Source: Verrucomicrobiota bacterium (GTDB lineage Bacteria; Verrucomicrobiota; Verrucomicrobiia; Limisphaerales; Palsa-1400). Taken from it: 64,000 nt of DNA. The notes below the pieces were generated by a model. The model worked only from the letters and a program-made list of their open reading frames with translations, was not told where the DNA came from and ran no database searches. Position 1 is the stretch's first letter. Each line of letters starts with the position of its first letter. The stretch is from the NCBI GenBank assembly GCA_049510745.1, contig JBEKYR010000006.1, forward strand, positions 126,511 through 190,510, in the 5' to 3' direction. Positions 1 to 8,937 of this stretch are shown here, piece by piece. Made by a program: the position numbers and the translations under genes.

Positions 1-2
1 TG

Positions 3-365
3 GCGGGGAACAACTTGTACCGCATCGCGCAGGAAGCCATCAACAACGCGATCAAACACGGGCATTGCCGCAACATCTCCGTGGGGTTGGGCGCGGTGGA
101 CGATGAAGTGATCCTGACGGTCAAAGACGACGGGGTGGGGTTCGCGGGCGTGCCGGAATCCAGCACCGGCATGGGCCTCCATATCATGAACTACCGGGCC
201 AAGATGATCGGCGCGTCGCTGGACATTCGCCGCGGAGCGGGCGGCGGAACCATCGTGCTTTGTTCCTTTCATAATGAGCGCGTGCCGGGCAAAGGAGCCG
301 GCCCGGCGCCCCGGGCGGAACCCCTGCCCGCGCCGAAACCGACGTTGCTGGGTTCGGCTTCCTGA
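3..365 (+). CDS. Sensor histidine kinase, C-terminal HATPase domain (NarX/UhpB type), 5'-truncated by window edge
   Basis: LYRIAQEAINNAIKHG, DDGVGF and GMGLHIMNYRA motifs; upstream of a NarL-type regulator. Confidence 0.9.
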   Translation, partial: AGNNLYRIAQEAINNAIKHGHCRNISVGLGAVDDEVILTVKDDGVGFAGVPESSTGMGLHIMNYRAKMIGASLDIRRGAGGGTIVLCSFHNERVPGKGAGPAPRAEPLPAPKPTLLGSAS

Positions 366-415
366 ACGGCAATTAATTTGTTCCATTATTGGCCGCCACT
401 TGGTAAATAGAAAAC

Positions 416-1096
416 ATGTCCGCGCACGTTAAAGCTGAACCGGCAAAGCACAAAGTCTTCCTGGTCGATGATCATCCCCTGGTGCGCGAATGGCTGACGC
501 AGTTGATCCAGCGCGAAAGTGACTTGACTGTCTGCGGGGAAGCGGAGGACACGCAGGACGCGCTGGAAGGGATAGAAGAAAGCAAGCCGGACATTGTCAT
601 TGCGGATATTTCCCTCAAGAGCACGCATGGACTGGAGTTGGTCAAAGACTTGCAGGCGCGGCATCCGGCCCTGCCGGTGCTGGTGCTCTCGATGCACGAT
701 GAATCCCTTTACGCCGAGCGCGTCTTGCGCGCGGGGGCCAAGGGTTACATTACCAAGCAGGAGGCGACCAAGAAGATTCTCATGGCCATTCGCCAGGTCA
801 TCGCCGGCCAAATCTACATCAGCGAGAAGATGGCCTCGCGCATGGTGCATAAAATGGTCCTGGGCCGCGCCGAGGACCAGAAGTCTCCCATCGAGCGCCT
901 GACGGACCGGGAACTGGAGGTCTTTCAACTCATTGGCCGCGGCCAGGGCACCCGGCGCATTGCGGCGGAGTTGCATCTGGGCATTAAAACGGTCGAATCC
1001 TATCGCGCCCGCATCAAAGAAAAACTCAAGCTGGAGGACGGCACCCAATTGCTCCAACACGCCATCCAGTGGGTCCACAGTTTGCAGGACCGTTAA
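416..1096 (+). CDS. NarL/FixJ-family response regulator (REC + LuxR HTH)
   Basis: VFLVDDHPLVR receiver; LTDRELEVFQLIG...KTVESYRARIKEKL HTH. Confidence 0.95.
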   Translation: MSAHVKAEPAKHKVFLVDDHPLVREWLTQLIQRESDLTVCGEAEDTQDALEGIEESKPDIVIADISLKSTHGLELVKDLQARHPALPVLVLSMHDESLYAERVLRAGAKGYITKQEATKKILMAIRQVIAGQIYISEKMASRMVHKMVLGRAEDQKSPIERLTDRELEVFQLIGRGQGTRRIAAELHLGIKTVESYRARIKEKLKLEDGTQLLQHAIQWVHSLQDR

Positions 1097-3768
1097 TGCG
1101 ATTGTTTCCGGCGTCGTTTGATCTCCGGTCCTTTGGCTGGCGGGAGTATTCCCGCCTGCTATTGGCTCTGTGCCTGCTCGGGGCGATGGCCTGGCTTTGC
1201 TGGAAGGGCGCGCGGGACCCGGCGATTCCTTTGCTGCCCCGGGGTCCGGCCGCTTGGATTGTCTATCCGTCCCCGCCCCAGGCCGGGATCAATCCGTGCC
1301 GCGAGGTGCCGGCTGATTTCGTGCGTCAATTCGTCCTGGCCGCCCCGCCCGCGCGGGCCGGACTTTCGTGGCGGGCCTTCCGCCGATCCGGGCTTTCCAT
1401 CAATGGGGTCGCCCTGCCGCAGACCGCGCAACCGGGCGGGAATTGGAAAGACGTTTCCCGGATCAATGCGGCCCCGTATCTCCGCGCCGGAACCAATACT
1501 GTTGCCGCGACGGTCTGGAACGACAACGGCCCTCCCGCTTTAAGCCTCCGCCTGGAGATCGATGGCGCGCCGGTGGAAACGGACGAAGGTTGGAGCGTTT
1601 CCGTGGCAGGCTCTCTGTGGCATCCGGCCCGGCTGGCCTCGGCCACCGCGAAGTTTGGCGAGGGCAACCAGCTTCACGGTCTGGAAGAAACCGGCCCCGC
1701 CCTGCGTGAAAGCTGGCCCCGGCTCTGTCTCTTTCTTCTTGTCGCCATTCTGCTGGCAGCCGGTCTGGAGTATGGGTTGGGACGGGCCGCGGGCGCCTCC
1801 GAACTCTGTTTTTGGCGCGGGCTTGCCCTTGGTCTGGCGGCGGTCTGGGTGCTGTTGTTCCTGCACAACGCGCCCCTGCTGGCGCGTCGCAGCGGCTTCG
1901 ACGCTTCCGACCACCTCAAATACATCACCTATATTCAAGAGCACAGGGCGCTGCCCTCGCCGAAACAGGGATGGGAAATGTTTCAAGCCCCGCTCTATTA
2001 TGTGTTGTCCGCCTGTCTGCTCGGCGTTTGCCATTGGCCGGCTTCACAGCCGGCGGGAATCCTGCTCCTGCGCGGGATGAGCGCGCTCGTCGGCGCCGTC
2101 AATGTCGCGCTGATTTTCGCCAGCCTGCGGCTGATCTTTCCCGGGCAATGGAAGAAACAGATGGCCGGGACGCTGCTGGCGGCATTTTTGCCGGCGCAAA
2201 TTTGCCTTCTGCATTACACCACCAACGAGACGCTTGCGGCGACGCTGATGAGCGCGGCGTTTTATCTTTGTTTGCGCATTCTGCGCCGTCCGCCGCCCTC
2301 GGCGGCTCTTCATGCCGGATTGGGCTGCCTCCTCGGCCTGGCGCTGCTGGCCAAGGCCTCGGCGGTCGTTTTCCTGCCGGCTATTTTTGCGGCGCTGGCG
2401 GTAAAGCTGATTCTGGAGCGCCAGACCGCTCCGGGCCTCTGGGTGCGGAGCGCCGGCCTGGCCGGCTTGTGCCTGCTGCTGGTGGCGGGCTGGCGCTATG
2501 CGGAGGTGTGGCGGGATTTTGGCAACCCGCTCGCCGGCAATTGGGACGCGCGCGTCGTTTCTCCGTGGTGGCAGCCGCCGGGCTATCACACCGCCGGCTA
2601 TTTTTTCTCCTTTGGCCAGGCGCTGACCGCGCCTCTGTTCAGCGGGTTTCACAGTTTTTGGGATTGCTTCTACACCACTCTCTGGGGGGACGGCCTGGCT
2701 GGGGGCCGGGTGACAACGGCGAGTCTGCCGCCGTGGAATTATCCCTTGATGGAGGCCGGTTTTCTCCTGGCTCTCGTGCCCTCGGCGTTGGTGTTGACAG
2801 GGCTGGCCGCCGCCGTGGGGCGATGCTTGCGGGAGCCGGACCTGGCGTTCCTCGTGCTGGTGGGCGCGGCCGGCTCCGCCCTCTTTGCCATTCTCTTCAT
2901 GAGCCTGAAATTGGCGTTCTATTCCCAAAGCAAATGTTTTTACGGATTGCCGGCGTTGCTTCCGCTTTGTGTTTGCGGCGTTCTGGGACTGGATTCTTGG
3001 GGGCGGCGCGGCCGGGGGGCGCGCGCTGTTTTGGGTGTGGCGCTTTTGCTGTGGCTCTGCAACGTCTATGCCTCCTTTTGGATCCGTCCGGGGTCCCTGC
3101 AAACCGAATTGTCCGCCGCCGCCGCCGAATTCTCTTACGGGGATGATGACCAGGCAACCCGGCGGGCGGTGGACCGGGTGTTGCGCACGGACCCGGCCAA
3201 TGAAACCGGGTTGATCATTGATGCCGTCCTCCATGGCCGGCGGGACGGCCCTGGGGCGGCGGCGGAGCGTTTGCGGCGGGCTTTGCGACCAGACCCGTGC
3301 AGCGGCGAAATCACGAAATACCTCGCGCCGTACATGCGCGACCTGGGCCAAACCAACGAGGCGCTGGCCCTGGCCGAACGCGCCTTTGCGCTCGAGCCGG
3401 AGAATGTCCAGGCTGCCCGGCAGGCCTGCGATCTGGCGATGGACCTGGGGAAGAACCAGGAGGCACTCGAAGCCGGCCGGGCGGCGCTGGGGCTGGACCC
3501 AGGCGAACCGGCGCTGCATTTCAATGTGGGCTGCGCCTGGGCCAATCTCCATCATCCGGCCGAGGCCATCCGGCAATTCCGGATGTTGCTGGCGCTCCCA
3601 CCGCCCCCGGCGATGGAGGCGCAAGCCCATTTCTATCTGGGCCGATTGCTGGCAGGCGAACCGGGGGGAAAAGCGGAGGCGCTTTCCCATTTCCAGGCCG
3701 CGCTCCGCCTGGACCCGGCCAACGCCGCCTGCCGCCAGGCCCTCGATAAGTTGCGCCCAGGCCCTTAG
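1096..3768 (+). CDS. Multi-pass GT-C (PMT/ArnT-like) membrane glycosyltransferase with C-terminal TPR repeats
   Basis: ATG overlaps upstream TAA; GFDASDHLKYI, QAPLYY and ALLAKAS motifs; many TM helices; TPR-like ALGLDPGEPALHFNVG. Confidence 0.7.
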   Translation: MRLFPASFDLRSFGWREYSRLLLALCLLGAMAWLCWKGARDPAIPLLPRGPAAWIVYPSPPQAGINPCREVPADFVRQFVLAAPPARAGLSWRAFRRSGLSINGVALPQTAQPGGNWKDVSRINAAPYLRAGTNTVAATVWNDNGPPALSLRLEIDGAPVETDEGWSVSVAGSLWHPARLASATAKFGEGNQLHGLEETGPALRESWPRLCLFLLVAILLAAGLEYGLGRAAGASELCFWRGLALGLAAVWVLLFLHNAPLLARRSGFDASDHLKYITYIQEHRALPSPKQGWEMFQAPLYYVLSACLLGVCHWPASQPAGILLLRGMSALVGAVNVALIFASLRLIFPGQWKKQMAGTLLAAFLPAQICLLHYTTNETLAATLMSAAFYLCLRILRRPPPSAALHAGLGCLLGLALLAKASAVVFLPAIFAALAVKLILERQTAPGLWVRSAGLAGLCLLLVAGWRYAEVWRDFGNPLAGNWDARVVSPWWQPPGYHTAGYFFSFGQALTAPLFSGFHSFWDCFYTTLWGDGLAGGRVTTASLPPWNYPLMEAGFLLALVPSALVLTGLAAAVGRCLREPDLAFLVLVGAAGSALFAILFMSLKLAFYSQSKCFYGLPALLPLCVCGVLGLDSWGRRGRGARAVLGVALLLWLCNVYASFWIRPGSLQTELSAAAAEFSYGDDDQATRRAVDRVLRTDPANETGLIIDAVLHGRRDGPGAAAERLRRALRPDPCSGEITKYLAPYMRDLGQTNEALALAERAFALEPENVQAARQACDLAMDLGKNQEALEAGRAALGLDPGEPALHFNVGCAWANLHHPAEAIRQFRMLLALPPPPAMEAQAHFYLGRLLAGEPGGKAEALSHFQAALRLDPANAACRQALDKLRPGP

Positions 3769-3810
3769 CCGTATCCATGTAGTTGAATAACGGTAGCGCG
3801 ACCGTCGGAA

Positions 3811-4600
3811 TGTCCTCACCGCATAGGTGACACTTTGAGGAAGGTGCCCCGCTGCGCGGCGGAGCGGAGGCGAGCGTAGCGAGCCGTAGCGCAGCCGCGC
3901 AGCGGAGTCGGGCGACGGCGTCTTATTCCTTCGTTTTTGTGCGGTAAACGATGGCGCGAATACCTCCGCCGTCCGCATCGTGAAGCTCTCCCGCCAGGCA
4001 CGGTCCAAAATACACTTCCCACTTGGCTGGCTGGATCCGTTTTAATCCGATCCGCTCTCGGCCAAAAGCATGTCCGACAAATCGGCTCCGGCCTTGCAGA
4101 AAAATCATGCCGTTGTTTTTGACGAGCCGGCTTTTCCATTCTGCCGGGTAGACCCAGGGCTTCAAACGCCCCGGCTGCCGACGCTTGCTTTTTCGGTAAT
4201 GGTCCCCCGGCAGGCCCATGCCCAAAGCTTCGTGCGGGCGCTTATAATTATACTCCCGGCACCATTGCCGCGTCCTTCGTTTCTGACCCCGCAGATGCTG
4301 GGCCGCCGGATGCAAAGTCTCTGCTTTGTAAACCCGATGCATTTGTTCATGGGCTCCGTTCTGTTCCGGGTGGCCTGGCTCGATAAACTCAACGCCGATG
4401 CCTAATTTGACCCACCAAGCGCTCAACCGCGTCAGGCCCAAGGCACCGATGGAGCCAAAGGGAGACCCGTTATCGGCCCGGATGACCAGAGGGAGTCCAT
4501 ATTTTCGAAAAATGCCTTCAAAGGCCAAACGCGCCGCCGCCACCGTTTGCTGCGGCATCAAACTAAAATTTAAAATGTAGCGACTGGCCAAATCCCGCAA
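3811..4600 (-). mobile_element. IS481-family insertion sequence, 5' half missing
   Basis: Terminal TGT...ACA-type end at 3811-3833 (tgtcctcaccgcataggtgacac); integrase-core ORF breaks off at 4600 where the stuttered repeats start. Confidence 0.75.
3923..4600 (-). pseudogene. IS481-family transposase, integrase core only (N-terminal HTH lost)
   Basis: RDLASRY, IRADNGSPF, PGHPEQNGAHEQMHR, YNYKRPHEALGM; the ORF-track N-terminus (MFCPNACFDQC) is just repeat read-through. Confidence 0.85.
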
Positions 4601-4661
4601 AAACAAGCATTGGAAAAACAAGCATTGGTCAAAACAAGCATTGGGGCAAAACAAGCATTGG
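4600..4661 (+). repeat. Four stuttered copies of aaaacaagcattgg leading into end-repeat A
   Basis: Copies at 4600, 4615, 4631 and 4648, separated by 1-3 nt. Confidence 0.95.
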
Positions 4662-4683
4662 GGTCAACTTCATACATTCAACA
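4657..4683 (+). repeat. RAYT-associated end repeat A (attggggtcaacttcatacattcaaca)
   Basis: Exact inverted copy at 6081-6107; direct copy at 6486-6512 (36-bp identity between 4652-4687 and 6481-6516). Confidence 0.95.
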
Positions 4684-4705
4684 ATTGAGGCAGACATTGG
4701 AAGAC

Positions 4706-4732
4706 ATTGGGGACGTAGTTAAACATTTAACA
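4706..4732 (+). repeat. RAYT-associated end repeat B (attggggacgtagttaaacatttaaca)
   Basis: Exact inverted copy at 5810-5836; 19/27 identical to repeat A; preceded by agacattgg stutter. Confidence 0.95.
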
Positions 4733-4776
4733 TTCCGCTTGACGCGGGTTGCGGGCGGGGATCAAGATGGCTGGAA

Positions 4777-5823
4777 ATGGCGCGGATTCCCCGAATCGAG
4801 CGGGCGGGAGCGTGGCATCATGTCACCGCCCGCGGCAATGAACGGCGTGCGATTTATCGTGATGATCGGGACCGGCGGCATTTCTGCGACCTGCTCGGCC
4901 AGGTGGTGGAGCTTTTCCAGTGGCGGCTGCACGTTTACGTTTTAATGGACAATCATTTTCACCTGCTGGTGGAGACGCCGGAGCCGAATCTCGGTCGGGG
5001 CATGCAGTGGCTTAACACCAGTTATAGTGTTTGGTTTAACCGCCGGCATCAGCGGGCGGGACACTTGCTGCAGGGACGCTTCAAATCCATTGTGGTCGAT
5101 CCTTCCGGGTGGGGCTTGGAGTTGAGCCGCTACATCCATTTGAACCCGGTGCGGGTGGGAAGGCATGGGTTGAGCAAATCGGACCGGCAAGCGGACCGGG
5201 CGGGAGGGGGCGCCAAACCGACGGCTCAGGCGGTCAAAGGCCGCCTGGCTGAATTGCGCGGCTACCGGTGGAGTTCGTACCGTGCGTATATCGGCTTGGC
5301 CTCGCCGCCCCTCTGGCTGGAACGGGAGAGGATTCTCCAGTTGGGCGGAGGCCGCGGGCAAGAGGCCGCCGTCCGCTATCGCCAGCACGTCGAGGAAGCG
5401 GTCCGGCAAGGGCTGGCGGTCAACCCGTGGCAGGCACTGCGCGACCGAACGCTGCTGGGAGGGGTGGACTTCGCGCGCCAACTGGCACGGGGGATCGGCC
5501 TTGGGAAAGGAGAAACGGCCAAGGCGGGAAGGCTGGCCAGGCCAACGGTGGCGCAAATCATCAGCGTGGTGGAAGCGGTGAAAGGGGAGAAATGGGAAAG
5601 CTTTCGAGACCGGCATGGAGATTGGGGCCGTGACGTGGTGTTCCACCTCGGACGCAAAGACTGGGCTTTGAAGCTGCGAGAACTGGGCGCGGCGGCCGGC
5701 GGGGTGGACGACGTTGCCGTCAGCATGGCTGCAAGACGAATCGCCAAGAGGGCAACGAATGACCCGGCGCTCTCCGCTGCTCTGAAGCAAAGCCGAGACA
5801 AACTACAATTGTTAAATGTTTAA
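4777..5823 (+). CDS. REP-associated tyrosine transposase-like HUH/Y1 transposase with C-terminal HTH
   Basis: WHHVTARGN, YVLMDNHFHLL (HUH), GHLLQGRFKS, YIHLNPVR, YRWSSY; stop codon lies inside repeat B. Confidence 0.9.
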   Translation: MARIPRIERAGAWHHVTARGNERRAIYRDDRDRRHFCDLLGQVVELFQWRLHVYVLMDNHFHLLVETPEPNLGRGMQWLNTSYSVWFNRRHQRAGHLLQGRFKSIVVDPSGWGLELSRYIHLNPVRVGRHGLSKSDRQADRAGGGAKPTAQAVKGRLAELRGYRWSSYRAYIGLASPPLWLERERILQLGGGRGQEAAVRYRQHVEEAVRQGLAVNPWQALRDRTLLGGVDFARQLARGIGLGKGETAKAGRLARPTVAQIISVVEAVKGEKWESFRDRHGDWGRDVVFHLGRKDWALKLRELGAAAGGVDDVAVSMAARRIAKRATNDPALSAALKQSRDKLQLLNV

Positions 5824-5871
5824 CTACGTCCCCAATTTCCCTTAAATGTTTAACTACGTCCCGAATTTCCC
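5810..5871 (-). repeat. Inverted repeat B plus 30-bp tandem duplicate
   Basis: 5812-5841 and 5842-5871 differ at 1 nt. Confidence 0.95.
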
Positions 5872-5872
5872 T

Positions 5873-5974
5873 GCCAACTCGGCGGCGTATTCGTATCTTG
5901 CCAATTCGCCGCTGGTGGGGCAGATTGTCTTCCAGCAAAGCGACGCGACGCGGATGACGACGAGCAAACAGTAG
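5873..5974 (+). pseudogene. RHS/YD-repeat protein fragment
   Basis: Translates as ANSAAYSYLANSPLVGQIVFQQSDATRMTTSKQ*, resembling RHS core repeats; not in the ORF track. Confidence 0.6.
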
Positions 5975-6080
5975 AATGCTTAGATTTGACCACAAATTTC
6001 GATTCCCATAGTGGAAACCGATGCTCTTGAAGCAAAACGCGCGGAACGCTGCATCGCTCGGCTGAACAAAATCGGCAAAA

Positions 6081-6107
6081 TGTTGAATGTATGAAGTTGA
6101 CCCCAAT
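6081..6107 (-). repeat. End repeat A, inverted copy
   Basis: Exact reverse complement of 4657-4683. Confidence 0.95.
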
Positions 6108-6143
6108 TCGTTCATTTCCACGACTTGAAGTGGGAAAGATCGG

Positions 6144-6416
6144 TTGCCAATGATGACTATGGGCAAGTACGCGCTCGAATCGGTAATGTTGATAGCTTGG
6201 GTAATTCTCGCCTTAGTGTTTGCATTTAAGCTGAAGCGACCGAGGATTGTTTTTTTAGCTAATGCCGCGACAGCGGCGCTAATTGTTGTCATCACCATGA
6301 TTCGCCACGGCCCTTTGATCATGGGTGGAGTGATTCATGTATTGTGTTGCGGCTTTTATGGCATAGTGCTATTTTACCTTGTTAAGGCAGTGCGAAAGCC
6401 GAGTCCCCATTCATAG
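6144..6416 (+). CDS. Small 3-TM membrane protein (possible immunity-type protein)
   Basis: Three hydrophobic segments; low GC; bracketed by two A repeats. Confidence 0.6.
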   Translation: MPMMTMGKYALESVMLIAWVILALVFAFKLKRPRIVFLANAATAALIVVITMIRHGPLIMGGVIHVLCCGFYGIVLFYLVKAVRKPSPHS

Positions 6417-6464
6417 CGGCTGTTTGCAATTGTCGCAAGTCCTGGTGTCCTTCTCGCCGACCTG

Positions 6465-6516
6465 TAGCAAGCATTGGTAGCAAGCATTGGGGTCAACTTC
6501 ATACATTCAACAATTG
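6465..6516 (+). repeat. End repeat A, third copy, with tagcaagcattgg stutter
   Basis: tagcaagcattgg x2, then ggtcaacttcatacattcaacaattg. Confidence 0.95.
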
Positions 6517-6523
6517 GGTTGAC

Positions 6524-6660
6524 GTGAACGGCAATGGGCCGTCGTACAGCTACACGGCGGCGGGACGGCTGGCGTCGAGGACGTGGGCGCAGGGCACGAA
6601 TACAACCTATACCTACGGGACGGGGGGCGACCTCACGGCCGTGAATTATAACGACGGTTC
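6524..6660 (+). pseudogene. RHS/YD-repeat protein fragment
   Basis: NGNGPSYSYTAAGRLASRTWAQGTNTTYTYGTGGDLTAVNYNDG, YxYxxxGRL repeats. Confidence 0.75.
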
Positions 6661-7509
6661 AAAGAGCGTCGCCGCGTCCTCCGACGCGGGGAGAAAGCGC
6701 CCGCCGGCGAAACAATCCTCGACTTGACTGCCGTTCCAGCGGCGCAGCCGGTAAAGTTGGGCGAACATAAACGGCGGGGCGGCCTTTCCCTGGCCGCCAA
6801 CCAGTTCCGCCCCGCGCCGCACGTTGTCCTGCATCCACGCCGGAATGAGCAGGTGATACGGGTTGCGCTTGACTTCCCCGACGTGGAAGGAAGTCGCCGC
6901 CACCAAGTCGGCCGCGTCCCGGTCCGTGTATTCGACCAACACATTGGGCGAAGTCATCTGGCCCCAGAATTCGGTTTCGACCAGATAACAACTCCCGGCG
7001 TCCGCCGCCCGCAAGGCGTCCATCACCAGGAAATGCGTGCCGATGTGCGTGCTGTTCCAATCCAGTTCATGCGGGAAAAAAATCGTTCTTGGCCGGTGTT
7101 TCTTCAAGAGAGCGGCGATCACCCCGACTTTTTCCGACCACGCCCGGGGGTCCTTGGCGCGAGTGATGGGGCCAACAGCGTCCAATCCGCCGGGCACGGT
7201 GAGTTCGAGACCGAAGCCGAGAAAGTTGCAGGCGGTTTGCAATTCCTGCCAGCGGCCGCCCTTCCGTTTCGGCAGGCTGCCGAGCGTGACCGCAACGTCG
7301 ATGACGCGCCATCGGCTCTCGCGCAACAAGCGCAACGCCAGTCCGCCGGCAATGGTTTCGTCATCGGGATGCGGCGCGAAAAACAGCGCGGTCAGGGCGT
7401 CGGGAGCCGGGACGGGCCGCGAGGCGGGCGGCATTCCGCCCAATGGCAGCGACCTGCCCTCGGTGACGATGCGGGAGAACTCGGAGACCAGATTCAAGTA
7501 GGGATTCAT
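6646..7509 (-). CDS. PIG-L/LmbE-family deacetylase
   Basis: FFAPHPDDE metal-binding motif; PHELDWNSTH. Confidence 0.85.
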   Translation of the reverse strand: MNPYLNLVSEFSRIVTEGRSLPLGGMPPASRPVPAPDALTALFFAPHPDDETIAGGLALRLLRESRWRVIDVAVTLGSLPKRKGGRWQELQTACNFLGFGLELTVPGGLDAVGPITRAKDPRAWSEKVGVIAALLKKHRPRTIFFPHELDWNSTHIGTHFLVMDALRAADAGSCYLVETEFWGQMTSPNVLVEYTDRDAADLVAATSFHVGEVKRNPYHLLIPAWMQDNVRRGAELVGGQGKAAPPFMFAQLYRLRRWNGSQVEDCFAGGRFLPASEDAATLFEPSL

Positions 7510-7539
7510 AACGATGTGAGGGGATGATCCGGGGCGCGG

Positions 7540-8937
7540 TCAGACCTCCGGAAGACTGGCGGCGGCGATGGCCTGCCCGTGGCGTTTCTCTTTTTCATCG
7601 GGGACGTGCAACGTGATTTTCCCGGACAATTCCGGAAACTCGGTCCTTAACACCTCTCCGGCCTGTCGCACAATAATTTCCCCGCCCGGGCCGCTGGTGA
7701 CGCGCCCCAGCACCAGGACGTGTTGGCAGTCATAAAAATCCGCGTAGTGCGCGATGCCGTAGCCGAGGTAAACGCCGATGGTTTCATAGATTTTACGGGC
7801 GCGGGCGTCCCCCGCTTCCATCAACTGCTGCGCCAGTTTCAGTTTTTCCGGCAACGGCAGGCCGTCCGGCGCGTTGATGCCGGCCGCGGGCAGCAAGCGG
7901 GCCACGCATTGCTGCGAAAAGTATTGCACCCCGCAACCGCGATCACCCGACCATTCATCGAGCGGCGCGGCGGGGTTGTAGTCAATGGGCGCAAACGCCA
8001 ATTCATTGAGCCAAGAGGTGATATTGCCCTCCGGGGTGACAAATCCGCCGGCCTGGCTGGAACCCAAAGCGATGCCCAGGACCGCGTTCTTCCCAAGGGC
8101 CATCGCCCCCGCCAGCGCCGTGACCTCGCCGTCATTGACCACTTCAAAGGGGATTCCGCCCCAGGCCTCCTTCAACTCGACAAACAAGTTGCGCACCCGC
8201 CGCTGGAACAAATCCGCCGGCACGCCGCGAAAAAGCGAGGCGACCCGCACGCGATTGTTGACATAGACGCCCGCCGAACTGCCGCCGATGGCATCGACGC
8301 GGGGCAAGTGCCTGGCGGCCCGTCGCAGCGAATGCATGATTTGGTCGAAGTGCCATTGCGGGTCGGATTGCGGCACGGGGTTCCAGACGGCTTCCTCGGA
8401 AAACACCGCCTGGCCGTCGATCACCGCCGCCACTTTCCGGTCGCTGGCGCCGAGGTCGAAGCCGATGCGGCACCCGTTCCAATGCCGGCCCAGCGGCTTT
8501 GTATTGGCCCGCGGCGGCGGGAGGTCCCGGGTGGCGAGGACTTCAAAGGGATGCTCGTAAATGCGTTCGCCCATGATGTTCGCGTCAAAGCGGCCGGTGG
8601 CTGTTTCCTGGAAGTGCCGTTGCATCCGCGCCCCCAATTCGTCCGGGCCGTCCACATAGACGCGGAATCCGCCGCGCGACCAGAGCAGGAATTTTACAAA
8701 CCGTTCGAGGAAGAAGAAATTGGCGCGGGATTCCGGTTCGGGCGGGGGAACAAGTTTCAGCGTGAAATGAAAGACCGAGCCGTCGGCCTGTTCCAGCGCC
8801 AGCCGCAGGGGGAGGGCCTCCGGCGAGGCGGCCACGCGCGCCGCCAAGAGGCGGTGGGCCAGCGCCGCCGGCCGGAAGGACGGGTCCAAGGGCGGCAAAA
8901 CCCTTGGCACAGGGCGCGTGATGCATTCAGTGTCCAT
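7540..8937 (-). CDS. ROK-family sugar kinase-like protein
   Basis: IGFDLGASDRK, VVNDGEVTALAG, LGIALGSSQAGG, WLNELAF; start placed at MDTECI. Confidence 0.85.
   Translation of the reverse strand: MDTECITRPVPRVLPPLDPSFRPAALAHRLLAARVAASPEALPLRLALEQADGSVFHFTLKLVPPPEPESRANFFFLERFVKFLLWSRGGFRVYVDGPDELGARMQRHFQETATGRFDANIMGERIYEHPFEVLATRDLPPPRANTKPLGRHWNGCRIGFDLGASDRKVAAVIDGQAVFSEEAVWNPVPQSDPQWHFDQIMHSLRRAARHLPRVDAIGGSSAGVYVNNRVRVASLFRGVPADLFQRRVRNLFVELKEAWGGIPFEVVNDGEVTALAGAMALGKNAVLGIALGSSQAGGFVTPEGNITSWLNELAFAPIDYNPAAPLDEWSGDRGCGVQYFSQQCVARLLPAAGINAPDGLPLPEKLKLAQQLMEAGDARARKIYETIGVYLGYGIAHYADFYDCQHVLVLGRVTSGPGGEIIVRQAGEVLRTEFPELSGKITLHVPDEKEKRHGQAIAAASLPEV

Noticed and set aside
4600..4732. Possible CRISPR array
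   Set aside because: Units are 14 bp with 1-3 nt gaps, there are no spacers of CRISPR length, and no cas genes are present.
5720..6322. 200-aa minus-strand ORF
   Set aside because: It runs through repeats A and B and is antisense to the membrane gene, so it is spurious.
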